A program made the translations under genes and the position numbers. Below the pieces are notes generated by a model. The model was not told the origin of the DNA. It worked only from the letters and a program-made list of their open reading frames with translations, and did not search any database. From Methylophilaceae bacterium (GTDB taxonomy: Bacteria > Pseudomonadota > Gammaproteobacteria > Burkholderiales > Methylophilaceae), in the NCBI GenBank assembly GCA_043758775.1, contig JAYVMU010000037.1:8318-72317 (forward strand): DNA of 64,000 bases, written 5' to 3'. Every line of letters begins with the position of its first letter. Position 1 is the first letter of the stretch. Below are positions 49,246 to 59,293 of this stretch, piece after piece.

Positions 49246-50599
49246 AATATCCGATACTTGGCGTACCACTTCCTTTAGGCTTGTTCTGCTTTATGGATCT
49301 ATGTTTGCAGTCGGCGTCATTATTTTGCTATCTTTAATTTATTTTGATACAGCAAATTTTATTGAAAATCAAACCAACTATATTCTAAAAGCTGAGCTGC
49401 ACCGTTATCAAATAATGTCAACGGAGGATCAGTCTAAATCCATAGAAAACGACATAAACCGCGATATTAGGAAGATTAATATTTACGGTATTTTCACCCC
49501 TGAAGGCCGTAAAGTTTCAGGGAACGCTGCTCCACTTCCAAAAGATTTGATTGTTGACGGTACGCCGCATTTCATTGCTTCTAGTCAATCAAATTTTTGG
49601 GATATTCCGACCAAGTCAGTATTGGAAGTTGCTGAACAACTACCCAATCACAATATAATTTTTATAGGGCGCAAACAAATTCAATTAGATGAAATCCGCC
49701 ATATTATTATCAAAGCACTGGGTAGTGCCGTGATTGTTATTCTGGTTGGCACCTTTATTGGTATTAAATTAAGCATTAATCCTGTACGGAGAATTAATGA
49801 AATACAGTCTGTTAGTCAAAAAATAATAAATGGTGATATTAATTTAAGACTACCAATAGCTGGCAATGACGATGAACTTGATATGTTGGCGGTTATTGTT
49901 AACAAAATGCTTGATGAAATTGCGCAGCGCATACTGGATATTAAAGCATCTACAGATAGTATCGCCCACGACCTTAGAACACCACTCACCCATTTACGTG
50001 CAATGCTTAATAGATTGTTGCATTCGTCACAGGGGACACTTGACCATCAAGCAATTGAACAAGCGATTGATGAAACTGATATTTTACTTTTTAGATTTAG
50101 AGCTATTTTAAGAATATCCGAGATTTCAGGCTCCATGCAAAAAGCAATGTTTGAGAGTTTTGATTTCAAAGACATCTTAATGAGTATCCAAGAAATTTAC
50201 GCACCCCTTGCAGAAGAAAAAAATGTTTCAATGCAATTTCAATTACCCACACAAGAAATATTAATCAATGGTGATAAAGCCCTCTTATTTGAAGCAGTTT
50301 TAAACCTAGTTGATAATGCTATTAAATTTAGCCCTATAGGCGGCTACGTTATTGTTAGTGCATTTAATAATAATTATTTATTACAAATTGAAAACAACGG
50401 ATTAGGTATACCACAAGATGAAATAACTAAGGTCATAAAACCATTTTATCGTTGTTTAAATACAAAGAACTTGGTTTCTGGTAATGGTGTTGGCTTAAGT
50501 ATTGTTTCTACCATCATGAATTTACATGGACTTAATTTAATCATAACTTCTAATAATGGTATTACTATTGTAAAAGTAGTTTACAAAGATAACCTATGA
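49238..50599 (+). CDS. sensor histidine kinase (2 TM, HAMP, HisKA, HATPase)
   Basis: H-box IAHDLRTPLTHL, N-box NLVDNAIKFSP, G-box GNGVGLSIV. The likely TTG 49238 start overlaps the RR stop by 8 nt. The track start at 49181 lies inside the RR gene. Confidence 0.85.
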   Translation: MVKISDTWRTTSFRLVLLYGSMFAVGVIILLSLIYFDTANFIENQTNYILKAELHRYQIMSTEDQSKSIENDINRDIRKINIYGIFTPEGRKVSGNAAPLPKDLIVDGTPHFIASSQSNFWDIPTKSVLEVAEQLPNHNIIFIGRKQIQLDEIRHIIIKALGSAVIVILVGTFIGIKLSINPVRRINEIQSVSQKIINGDINLRLPIAGNDDELDMLAVIVNKMLDEIAQRILDIKASTDSIAHDLRTPLTHLRAMLNRLLHSSQGTLDHQAIEQAIDETDILLFRFRAILRISEISGSMQKAMFESFDFKDILMSIQEIYAPLAEEKNVSMQFQLPTQEILINGDKALLFEAVLNLVDNAIKFSPIGGYVIVSAFNNNYLLQIENNGLGIPQDEITKVIKPFYRCLNTKNLVSGNGVGLSIVSTIMNLHGLNLIITSNNGITIVKVVYKDNL

Positions 50600-50622
50600 G
50601 TTAATGATCAAATTAGAAGTAA

Positions 50623-50650
50623 AAGGAATCCTGCCAAGACAGGATTCCTT
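50623..50650. terminator. perfect 11-bp stem hairpin between convergent HK and porin genes
   Basis: AAGGAATCCTG-ccaaga-CAGGATTCCTT. A T-run follows on the minus strand. Confidence 0.75.
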
Positions 50651-50667
50651 AATTAAGTTATAAATAA

Positions 50668-52164
50668 TCAGAATTTATATGTTAAATCAAGTTGTAATAA
50701 ATCGTAATTGTTAGGTGCTATATTAGATTTAGTTGTATCCAATGATTGGCCGTTGCCTAAACCTTTGTTGATTGTTGATCCGTGTGCATACGTTGCAGTT
50801 GCAAAAACGTTTGATCCAATCATATAAACACCACTTGCAGCCCAACCCTCCATATTAACCATTGCGTTCATTATGTCAGAGTCAATTTGATTTTGGTTAA
50901 GAGCGAATGCTTCAATATGTTGCCACCATAGTCTTCCAGACCAGTCACCTTTCGACATTCCAGCAGTATCACCCCAATAGGTTGATTGCTTTTCAAAAGA
51001 TTTTAAATCTTTAGCTGAACCTACTTGCAGACCAAGTAAGTAAGCCGTATTTTCATTTTGGAAATTGGCTGCATTCTTAATACCAGAATCAATTGCTCTT
51101 TTATCAGCGTTAAAATTATAAGCATAATCCGCCCATAATCTAAAGCCTGTATTACCATTCATGATATTAAATTCCACTGGAATATCAATTACTTTTAAAT
51201 TGTTAACTCCCAATGTACCAACACCGCCATAAGCAGAAGCAGCATTTGGATTGAAATTAGTATATAAAGCACTAGAACCATGAGAAGCGCCAGTATATGA
51301 CTCATAACTGACAGCAGCTTTTAATGATTTGGTCTCATCAATATTATAATGAGCTCCAACTTGTTCTAAATATTCCCATTGGCTTGTTTGAGTATTAGTA
51401 ACTGGGCCACCACCAGATTGAATTTCATCAAGTGTTCCAGCAACAGCCCATTGATTTAAGCTTCCGAATAATTCAAGCTGATCATTTACTTTATATTTAA
51501 ACTTTTCTTTTAAGCCTTCTGGTGTTATGTCGCTATCAAACTTCAAAACAGACTTATATAAATCATTTTTCATGCGGCCTGCGACCACGCTGGACCAATC
51601 AGTTATGTTCCACCCTATGTAAGCCCGGTCAACATACACTGTACCACCAGATTTGTCATTATAACCATTTGGACTATTTGAACTAAAAGTTACATTAGGT
51701 GATCTTGCAGCAGCATTTGAAGCTAAACGAAACTCTGCGAAAAAATTCTTATCTGAGCTTGTTTCTAAACCTATATGGTAAGCATAACGACCACGATCTA
51801 GTTGCTCTTGAGCACCACCAGTTGTTCCGGAACCAACATTTGCGCCATTTGTTAAACCAGAAGCGTTACGATACTCATAACGAGTACGAATATCGCCAGT
51901 TAATTTAACTTCATCTAAATATTCGCTTATTTTAATACCTTTTGATTCATGCTTGTTAACCTCAGCAGCGACTTTTTTATCTGCTAATTGAATGTCGTTT
52001 TCACGGCCTTTCAATAAAGGAAGTGCCTCTTCTTCAGTTAATATACCTTTTGATACTAATGCCTGAACTAGGTCAAAAGTTGAGTCGGCCATGGCATTTG
52101 CGCCAAAACCCATAATGAGTACTGCAGTGGTTGCAGCGGCAATGCTGCGTGGTTTAAAAGTCAT
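50668..52164 (-). CDS. putative porin (498 aa), Pho-box-preceded, possibly phosphate-starvation porin
   Basis: Signal peptide MTFKPRSIAAATTAVLIMGFGANAMA, an N-terminal helix motif DLVQALVSKGILTEEEALPLLKG, a long beta-rich body, and a C-terminal DLTYKF. GGGAG precedes ATG 52164. The track extension to 52206 runs into the promoter. Confidence 0.75.
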   Translation of the reverse strand: MTFKPRSIAAATTAVLIMGFGANAMADSTFDLVQALVSKGILTEEEALPLLKGRENDIQLADKKVAAEVNKHESKGIKISEYLDEVKLTGDIRTRYEYRNASGLTNGANVGSGTTGGAQEQLDRGRYAYHIGLETSSDKNFFAEFRLASNAAARSPNVTFSSNSPNGYNDKSGGTVYVDRAYIGWNITDWSSVVAGRMKNDLYKSVLKFDSDITPEGLKEKFKYKVNDQLELFGSLNQWAVAGTLDEIQSGGGPVTNTQTSQWEYLEQVGAHYNIDETKSLKAAVSYESYTGASHGSSALYTNFNPNAASAYGGVGTLGVNNLKVIDIPVEFNIMNGNTGFRLWADYAYNFNADKRAIDSGIKNAANFQNENTAYLLGLQVGSAKDLKSFEKQSTYWGDTAGMSKGDWSGRLWWQHIEAFALNQNQIDSDIMNAMVNMEGWAASGVYMIGSNVFATATYAHGSTINKGLGNGQSLDTTKSNIAPNNYDLLQLDLTYKF

Positions 52165-52210
52165 CAAATTGCTCCCGTTTAAGTGTCTTAAATACAACGG
52201 ATGCATTTTG

Positions 52211-52238
52211 ATGACTTAATATGACAATTTGATGACAG
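52211..52238 (-). promoter_or_regulatory. Pho box (PhoB binding site) upstream of the porin gene
   Basis: The minus strand reads CTGTCAT-CAAA-TTGTCAT-ATT-AAGTCAT. The first 18 nt match CTGTCATAWAWCTGTCAY at 16 of 18 positions by my count. It lies 47-74 nt upstream of the ATG. Confidence 0.7.
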
Positions 52239-52385
52239 GGCTATAAATAGTGCATGATCTGTTGTGTGAATACAACAAAGATACATTTAAACTAAATCAT
52301 ATTAAAATCATAGACTTAGAGTAGATTCCAATCGCACTAGCAACTATGTGTAATTTCAAATAATTGTTTTATTTACCACACTTTA

Positions 52386-53936
52386 TTAAAGCGCTTCTGG
52401 TCGCATATGTGGAAATAAAATCACGTCACGAATGCTTGGGCTATCAGTAATGAGCATTACCAAACGATCGATACCGATACCACAACCACCTGTAGGCGGC
52501 ATGCCATATTCCAGTGCGCGGATAAAATCTGCATCATAGAACATGGCTTCCGCATCACCCGCTTCTTTGGCTTTCATTTGTGCATGAAAGCGCGCAGCTT
52601 GATCTTCAGCATCATTTAACTCGCTGAAACCATTAGCAATTTCACGTCCTGTAACAAACAGCTCAAAACGTTCGGTGATTTCTGGGTTACTGTCCGAGGC
52701 ACGGGCTAACGGTGAAACCTCAACTGGATAATCAATAATATAAGTAGGTTCCCACAATTGTGCTTCCGCCGTTTCCTCAAACAGCGCTAGCTGCAACGCG
52801 CCCAAACCAGCATGATCAAATGGTTTGGTGCCATGTTTGAGGATTTCTGCACGTAAGAAAGCAGCGTCATTCAACTGCTCTAATGTATATTGCGGTGCAT
52901 ATTTCTGAATCGCGCCAACTATAGTTAAGCGCTGGAATGGCACACTCAAATCCACTTCACGGCCTTGATATTGCAACACTGCCGTGCCACGTGCAGCAAT
53001 TGCAGCCGCACGGATACAGTTTTCAGTGAAATCCATTAACCATTGGTAATCAGTATATGCCGCATAAAACTCCATCATGGTGAATTCTGGATTATGCCGC
53101 ACACTTAAACCTTCATTACGGAAATTGCGGTTGATTTCAAACACCCGCTCAAAACCACCTACCACCAAACGTTTTAAATAGAGCTCAGGTGCAATACGCA
53201 TAAACATTTGCATATCTAACGCATTGTGATGTGTAATGAATGGCTTAGCCGATGCACCACCTGGAATGGGGTGCAACATCGGTGTTTCAACTTCTAAAAA
53301 TTGATTGTCCAGCATAAAACCACGTATCGCCGACACGACTTTGCTGCGTGCAATAAAGGTGGCGCGCGTTTCTTCACTCACCATTAAATCGACATAACGT
53401 TGGCGATATTTTGTTTCCTGATCCGCTAAACCATGAAATTTCTCAGGCAGTGGGCGCAGTGATTTAGTGAGTAAGCGCAGTTCTTTCACTTTCACTGACA
53501 GTTCACCTGTTTTGGTCTTAAACAACACACCACTGGCCGCAATAATATCACCTAGATCCCAATGCTTAAAAGCTTCATAGACCGCTTCACTATGCGCGTC
53601 GGTTAAATTGTCTTTGGAAATAAATAGCTGAATACGACCGCTTGCGTCTTGAATCGTGGCAAAACTGGCCTTACCCATCACGCGCTTGAGCATCATACGA
53701 CCGGCAATACTCACCTGCACGGCTTTGGGATCTAAAATTTCATTATCTGATTCATCAAATTCCGCATGTAAAGCTGCAGCCTGATGTTGTGGCTTAAAAT
53801 CGTTGGGAAAAGCCGCATTATTGTTAGCTTTAGCGACTTCACGAATCACTTTTAACTTCTCACGACGTTCGGCAATTACATGATTTTCATCAACGGCTAC
53901 AGCTTCTGCTAACGGGTTTGTTTGTTCAGTCATCAT
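52386..53936 (-). CDS. lysS: lysine--tRNA ligase (class II)
   Basis: [23 protein letters not shown] (motif 2) and [10 protein letters not shown] (motif 3). 516 aa. Downstream of prfB as in E. coli. Confidence 0.95.
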   Translation of the reverse strand: MMTEQTNPLAEAVAVDENHVIAERREKLKVIREVAKANNNAAFPNDFKPQHQAAALHAEFDESDNEILDPKAVQVSIAGRMMLKRVMGKASFATIQDASGRIQLFISKDNLTDAHSEAVYEAFKHWDLGDIIAASGVLFKTKTGELSVKVKELRLLTKSLRPLPEKFHGLADQETKYRQRYVDLMVSEETRATFIARSKVVSAIRGFMLDNQFLEVETPMLHPIPGGASAKPFITHHNALDMQMFMRIAPELYLKRLVVGGFERVFEINRNFRNEGLSVRHNPEFTMMEFYAAYTDYQWLMDFTENCIRAAAIAARGTAVLQYQGREVDLSVPFQRLTIVGAIQKYAPQYTLEQLNDAAFLRAEILKHGTKPFDHAGLGALQLALFEETAEAQLWEPTYIIDYPVEVSPLARASDSNPEITERFELFVTGREIANGFSELNDAEDQAARFHAQMKAKEAGDAEAMFYDADFIRALEYGMPPTGGCGIGIDRLVMLITDSPSIRDVILFPHMRPEAL

Positions 53937-53991
53937 TTACTCAATCATCAAAATAATTTATATCATATTCATTCAGGGTTTTAAGCAAAGT

Positions 53992-55096
53992 TTAAACGCC
54001 CTGCTTCAAACTCTCACTGATAAACGGATCTAGGTCTCCGTCCAGCACGCCTTGCGTATTGCCCACCTCAATACCAGTACGTAAATCTTTAATGCGCGAC
54101 TGGTCTAATACGTAACTACGAATTTGATGTCCCCAGCCGATATCTGTTTTGTTATCTTCAAGTGCTTGTTTTTCTGCATTGCGTTTATTCAATTCTAAAG
54201 CGTATAACGCGCCTTTCAGCATATTCATGGCTTCTGCGCGGTTGCGATGCTGTGAGCGGTCACTTTGGCACTGCACCACGGTATTGGTTGGGATATGCGT
54301 AATACGTACGGCAGAATCGGTTTTATTAATATGCTGACCACCTGCACCACTAGCCCGATAAGTATCCACACGTAAGTCAGCAGGGTTGATATCTACTTCT
54401 ATCGAATCATCCACCTCAGGAAAAATCTGCACGCTGGCAAAACTGGTGTGACGTTTAGCGTTGGAATCAAACGGTGATTTTCGCACTAAGCGATGCACGC
54501 CATGTTCAGTGCGTAATGTGCCATAAGCATAATCACCAGTGACTTTAATAGAGGCGCCTTTAATGCCGGCAACATCACCTTCAGACTCTTCGAGCACTTC
54601 CACTTTGTAGCCTTTACGCTCGGTATAGCGCAGATACATACGCAGCAACATGGCCGCCCAATCCTGCGCCTCAGTACCGCCACTGCCCGACTGAAATTCA
54701 ATAAAACAATTATTGGCATCCATAGGCCCTGAAAACATGCGGCGGAATTCCATTTCCGCTAATTGCGCTTCTAATGCTTGTGAATCTGCTTCCACACTAA
54801 GTAAAGTGTCATCATCGTTTTCTTCACGCGCCATTTCAAACAACTCACGACCATCAGCAATACTATTTTCTATAGCAAGCAAGTTATTCACGACAAGTTC
54901 TAACTCACGTTTTTCTTTACCTAATTTTTGCGCTTTGGTGGCATCGTTCCAAATATTAGGGTCTTCTAATAAGCCATTCACTTCTTCTAATCGTTGCTGC
55001 TTAGTTTCAAAGTCAAAGGTACCCCCGTAAGGCAAAATGGCGCTCGTGCAAATCGACTAACCGATGACCAATGATGTTGAGTTGCTCTGCTTCCAT
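53992..55096 (-). CDS. prfB: peptide chain release factor 2, requires programmed +1 frameshift
   Basis: Frame 0 runs from ATG 55096: [27 protein letters not shown] then TGA (55015-55013). The +1 frame continues [12 protein letters not shown]... with the RF2-specific SPF and [11 protein letters not shown] motifs. Confidence 0.95.
55012..55027 (-). other. prfB +1 frameshift site with internal SD-like element
   Basis: The minus strand reads CGGGGG TAC CTT TGA C. Compare E. coli AGGGGG TAT CTT TGA C. Confidence 0.9.
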
Positions 55097-55292
55097 ACCG
55101 CTTATTTCCGTAACTGCTTATGCAAAAGTGAAATTATACATGAACGCTCACATAATATTTTCTCGCGCATTTTCCTGCACACAGTTAAACTGATAAAAAT
55201 TAATAAAACTGTAATAATCTAATTTGTGCTGATTGTTTTGCGATAGTTATTACAGTTAAAATATAACAATAAATGGGTAAGGAGGAGATAGT

Positions 55293-55949
55293 ATGGCGGC
55301 AACTTTATTCACTAGGCTTATGTCTTGTGTATCACCAAAGAATGACAGTTATTTCAAATTATTTAATAGCTTAGCTAGCAGTGGTGTACAAGCATCAAAA
55401 ACGCTAGCCAGGATGACCGCCGTCAATGATCCTGTATTATTTGCTGAATTTTCTGAAGAAATCAGAAAAATAGAATGTGAAGCTGACCAATTCACTAAAA
55501 CTATCCTCTTATCACTCCACAAAACTTTTATCACCCCGTTTGATCGTCGAGAAATACGTGAACTCGCCATGGCACTTGATGACATTATCGACTTTATGGA
55601 AGAGATCCCGCAGCGCGCCAAACTCTATGGCCACACTAGTTTTACACCAGAAATGGTCGCTTTAAGTCAAATCGCCTTACGTGCTACAGAAAAAGTACAA
55701 GAAGCAGTAGGCTTATTATCTGATATGAAAAATGCCGAGCGTATTATACGTATCTGTGAACAGATCAATGTCATTGAAAGTGAAGCAGATTACGTAATGC
55801 GTGCTGGCATGGAGCGTTTATTTTCTGAAGTTTCTGATGCACGTGCACTCATTCGTGCTAAAGAATTATATGATTTATTTGAAGCAGTGGTGGATGGCTG
55901 CGAGGATGTAGGTGACGTGATTCATGGTGTAGTGCTGGAAAGAATCTAA
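55293..55949 (+). CDS. DUF47 (TIGR00153) PhoU-like protein, PiT accessory
   Basis: 218 aa, all-helical, with an ITPFDRREIRELAMALDDIIDFMEE-type motif. It lies immediately upstream of a PiT transporter, the usual pairing. Confidence 0.8.
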   Translation: MAATLFTRLMSCVSPKNDSYFKLFNSLASSGVQASKTLARMTAVNDPVLFAEFSEEIRKIECEADQFTKTILLSLHKTFITPFDRREIRELAMALDDIIDFMEEIPQRAKLYGHTSFTPEMVALSQIALRATEKVQEAVGLLSDMKNAERIIRICEQINVIESEADYVMRAGMERLFSEVSDARALIRAKELYDLFEAVVDGCEDVGDVIHGVVLERI

Positions 55950-55963
55950 GAGACTATACATAT

Positions 55964-56965
55964 ATGATAGATCACGCCTTACTCATCATGGCAGCTTTGG
56001 TTGTCGTCGCACTTATATTCGATTTTTTAAACGGCTTTCACGATGCCGCCAACTCCATCGCTCTGATGGTTTCTACGCGCTTACTTACACCACAAGCTGC
56101 CGTTATTTGGGCAGCTTTTTTTAATTTAGTCGCCTTTTTATTTTTTGGTTTACATGTGGCTAATACGGTTGGCAAAGGCATAGTTGATCCCGCCATTATT
56201 GATAACGCTGTGATTTTTGGCGCATTAGGTGGTGCAATTTCTTGGAATTTAATCACATGGTGGTTTGGCATTCCATCTTCATCTTCACATGCCTTAGTTG
56301 GCGGTTTAGTAGGTGCAGGATTAGCTAAAGCCAGCTGGTCTAGTATTATCGCAGCAGGTTTAATTAAAACTTCTTTAGCGATTATCCTGTCACCTTTATT
56401 TGGTTTGTTGCTCGCCCTCATCTTTTCTATTTTAATATTATGGATCTTTGAGAAATCACCACCCTATCCAATTGAGAGACGATTCAATAAATGGCAATTT
56501 GTATCGTCCTCTTTATATAGCCTTGGCCATGGTGGTAATGACGCACAAAAAACCATGGGTATTATTGCGGTTTTACTCTATGCCAATGGCTATATACATG
56601 GTGAATTTCATATTCCATTTTGGGTGGTAATCGCCTGTCAAATCGCCATGGCACTCGGCACTTTGTTTGGCGGCTGGCGCATTGTACGCACTATGGGCAT
56701 GGGCATTACGCGTATTCGCCCCTCTGGTGGTTTTTGTGCACAAACCTCTGGCGCAATCGCATTATTCATTGCTACCTCATTAGGCATTCCTGTTTCTACA
56801 ACGCACACCATTACTGGTGCAATCGTCGGTGTTGGCCTATCACGACGCGTTTCAGCAGTACGTTGGGGCTTGGCTTCACGTATCATTTGGGCATGGGTAT
56901 TAACTATCCCTTGCGCAGGGCTTATTGGAGCTATTTGCTACAAATTTGGCCGTACACTTCTATAA
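55964..56965 (+). CDS. inorganic phosphate transporter, PiT family (short form)
   Basis: Duplicated PiT signatures GFHDAANSIA and GGNDAQKTMG. It is polytopic. 333 aa. Confidence 0.9.
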   Translation: MIDHALLIMAALVVVALIFDFLNGFHDAANSIALMVSTRLLTPQAAVIWAAFFNLVAFLFFGLHVANTVGKGIVDPAIIDNAVIFGALGGAISWNLITWWFGIPSSSSHALVGGLVGAGLAKASWSSIIAAGLIKTSLAIILSPLFGLLLALIFSILILWIFEKSPPYPIERRFNKWQFVSSSLYSLGHGGNDAQKTMGIIAVLLYANGYIHGEFHIPFWVVIACQIAMALGTLFGGWRIVRTMGMGITRIRPSGGFCAQTSGAIALFIATSLGIPVSTTHTITGAIVGVGLSRRVSAVRWGLASRIIWAWVLTIPCAGLIGAICYKFGRTLL

Positions 56966-57071
56966 CACTGCAGCCACTTAATCTAGCCAAGTGACCACTA
57001 AAATGGAGTCAATATAGTGGTCTTTTTATTGTCTAGTTTTTGTATCAAAACAGATTATTGCAAACCCTAAA

Positions 57072-57105
57072 TTGTCATACAACTGTCACAATTGAGCATT
57101 AATAT
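57072..57105 (+). promoter_or_regulatory. pstS promoter: Pho box plus -10
   Basis: TTGTCATACAACTGTCAC (57072-57089), then 10 nt, then TAATAT (57100-57105). AGGAG precedes ATG 57153. Confidence 0.8.
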
Positions 57106-57152
57106 GCTTAATTCAGAAAGACATATATAAATGCAAAAAATAGGAGAATTTA

Positions 57153-58202
57153 ATGCAAGTATCTAGCTTTAGTTTAAAGACCATTATCTTAGCGACCAGT
57201 TTAACGATTACCACCAGCGTGTTCGCTGCCGATATTACTGGTGCTGGCGCTACTTTCCCATATCCAATCTATGCGAAATGGGCTGAGTCATACAATGTAA
57301 AAACTGGTGTAAAACTAAATTACCAGTCTATTGGTTCAGGCGGCGGCATTAAACAAATCACCAATAAAACAGTTGATTTCGGTGCTTCAGATAAACCTCT
57401 AACGTTAGAAGCACTTGAAAAAGCTGGTTTGATGCAATTCCCTACTCTAGTAGGCGGTGTAGTACCTGTAGTGAACATCCCCGGTGTTGCACATGGTGAC
57501 TTGCGTCTTAATGGCGAAATACTTGCCAACATTTTCTTGAAAAAAATTACAAAATGGAATGACCCGGCAATTAAAAGCATAAACCCAAGCTTAGTATTGC
57601 CAGATTTAGCAATTACGGTTGTGCATCGTTCAGACGGTTCAGGTACAACATTCGTTTTTGCAAGCTACTTAGGTAAAGTTAGCAAAGAATGGGCAACTAA
57701 AGTAGGTGCTGATACTTCAGTGGCTTGGCCAACGGGTGTGGGCGGTAAAGGTAATGAAGGTGTTGCTTCTTACGCGCAACGCATCAAAGGCTCTATCGGT
57801 TATGTAGAATATGCATATGCTAAAGAAAACAATTTACCTGCTGTAACATTACAAAACAGCGAAGGTGAATTTGTTAAACCTAGCCTCGAAAGCTTCCAAT
57901 CCGCCGCCAAATATGCAAAATGGGAAAGTGCACCTGGTTTCTATGAAATTTTAACAAATGAGCCTGGTAAAACGACATGGCCAATCGCTGGTGCGACTTT
58001 TATCTTAATGCAAAAAGTACAAGCCAACCCTGAGAATGGTGCTGAAGTACTTAAGTTTTTTGACTGGGGTTACAATAGCGGGGCATTAATGGCTAAAGGC
58101 ATGGATTATGTGCCTATGCCTGAAAATGTCATCAAGCTTATTCAAACTAGCTGGAAAAACAACTTGAAGAGCAAAGATGGTGCTGCAGTTTGGTCTAAGT
58201 AA
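57153..58202 (+). CDS. pstS: phosphate ABC transporter substrate-binding protein PstS
   Basis: Signal peptide and GAGATFPYPIYAKW. 349 aa. Confidence 0.95.
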   Translation: MQVSSFSLKTIILATSLTITTSVFAADITGAGATFPYPIYAKWAESYNVKTGVKLNYQSIGSGGGIKQITNKTVDFGASDKPLTLEALEKAGLMQFPTLVGGVVPVVNIPGVAHGDLRLNGEILANIFLKKITKWNDPAIKSINPSLVLPDLAITVVHRSDGSGTTFVFASYLGKVSKEWATKVGADTSVAWPTGVGGKGNEGVASYAQRIKGSIGYVEYAYAKENNLPAVTLQNSEGEFVKPSLESFQSAAKYAKWESAPGFYEILTNEPGKTTWPIAGATFILMQKVQANPENGAEVLKFFDWGYNSGALMAKGMDYVPMPENVIKLIQTSWKNNLKSKDGAAVWSK

Positions 58203-58225
58203 AATTAGATTATTTATAATATAAT

Positions 58226-59293
58226 ATGCAGTCCTCTGATTCAGAAATTGAAATGACTCATACAGGAGGGAGAAACTATCTCTCTTCTGCTTCCTTGTTA
58301 ACTGAACAAAAAAAAATTAAAAAACCAACTGCGATGTCGTTATCCAACTTGCAAAATAAAGTCAGCGGTGCCTGCTTAGATAAACTTTTCCGTGGCACTA
58401 CAATGTTTTTTGCATCTGTAGTTCTTATCTTGCTCATGGGGATTATTGTTACCTTATTCATCGGTAGCTTGCCTGCATTGAAAGCATTCGGCCCAGCCTT
58501 CTTCGTAAGCAATGCATGGAATCCAGTCACAATCGATTTCGGTGGTTTGGTTCCAATTTATGGCACAATTATTACCGCTTTAATTGCGATGGCAATCGGC
58601 ATACCTGTCAGCTTTGGTATTGCTATTTTCATTACCGAGCTTTCACCAATTTGGCTTAAAAGACCAATCGGCATTGCAATCGAATTACTCGCTGGTATCC
58701 CAAGTATTATTTACGGCATGTGGGGTTTGTTTGTCTTTGCCCCATTATTCGCAGACCATGTGCAGCCTTGGATTAACGATAACTTAGGCGCATTACCACT
58801 TATTGGGCAAGTATTTCAAGGCCCTCCTATGGGTATTGGTATGCTGACTGCTGGTTTTATATTAGCCATCATGGTGATTCCATTCACTGCATCTGTGATG
58901 CGTGATGTATTTGAAATTGTGCCAAAAATGCTAAAAGAATCAGCTTACGGCTTAGGTGCAACCACATGGGAAGTATTATGGAACGTAGTATTACCTTATA
59001 CAAAAACAGGTGTAGTTGGCGGCATTATGCTAGGTCTTGGCAGAGCCTTAGGTGAAACGATGGCAGTTACTTTTGTAATTGGTAACGCACATGAGCTATC
59101 CGCTTCACTGATGATGCCAGGAAATACTATTTCTTCTGCTTTAGCAAACGAATTTACTGAAGCAGTAGGTGATGTCTACTCCTCAGCACTCATTACTTTA
59201 GGCTTAACCTTATTCGTAATTACCTTCGTGGTACTTGCTATTGCTAAAATCTTGCTGATTCGCTTAGCGATGCGTGAAGGGAAACATTCATAA
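58226..59293 (+). CDS. pstC: phosphate ABC transporter permease PstC
   Basis: 6-TM permease with an EAA-like loop. The true start may be downstream (for example ATG 58334), because the first 36 aa are hydrophilic and not PstC-like. Confidence 0.9.
   Translation: MQSSDSEIEMTHTGGRNYLSSASLLTEQKKIKKPTAMSLSNLQNKVSGACLDKLFRGTTMFFASVVLILLMGIIVTLFIGSLPALKAFGPAFFVSNAWNPVTIDFGGLVPIYGTIITALIAMAIGIPVSFGIAIFITELSPIWLKRPIGIAIELLAGIPSIIYGMWGLFVFAPLFADHVQPWINDNLGALPLIGQVFQGPPMGIGMLTAGFILAIMVIPFTASVMRDVFEIVPKMLKESAYGLGATTWEVLWNVVLPYTKTGVVGGIMLGLGRALGETMAVTFVIGNAHELSASLMMPGNTISSALANEFTEAVGDVYSSALITLGLTLFVITFVVLAIAKILLIRLAMREGKHS

Noticed and set aside
52165-52206. Upstream extension of the porin ORF (MHPLYLRHLNGSNL)
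   Set aside because: It runs into the Pho box and promoter and precedes a GGGAG SD plus an ATG that begins a normal signal peptide.
55150-55292. Pho box upstream of DUF47-PiT (CTGTAATAATCTAATTTG)
   Set aside because: Only the first heptamer resembles CTGTCAT, and the second half-site at 11-bp phasing does not match.
56620-56994. 124-aa alternative-frame ORF at the end of the PiT gene
   Set aside because: It overlaps the well-supported PiT frame, which carries a signature motif and TM pattern. Its translation is Trp/His/Arg/Tyr-rich and not protein-like.
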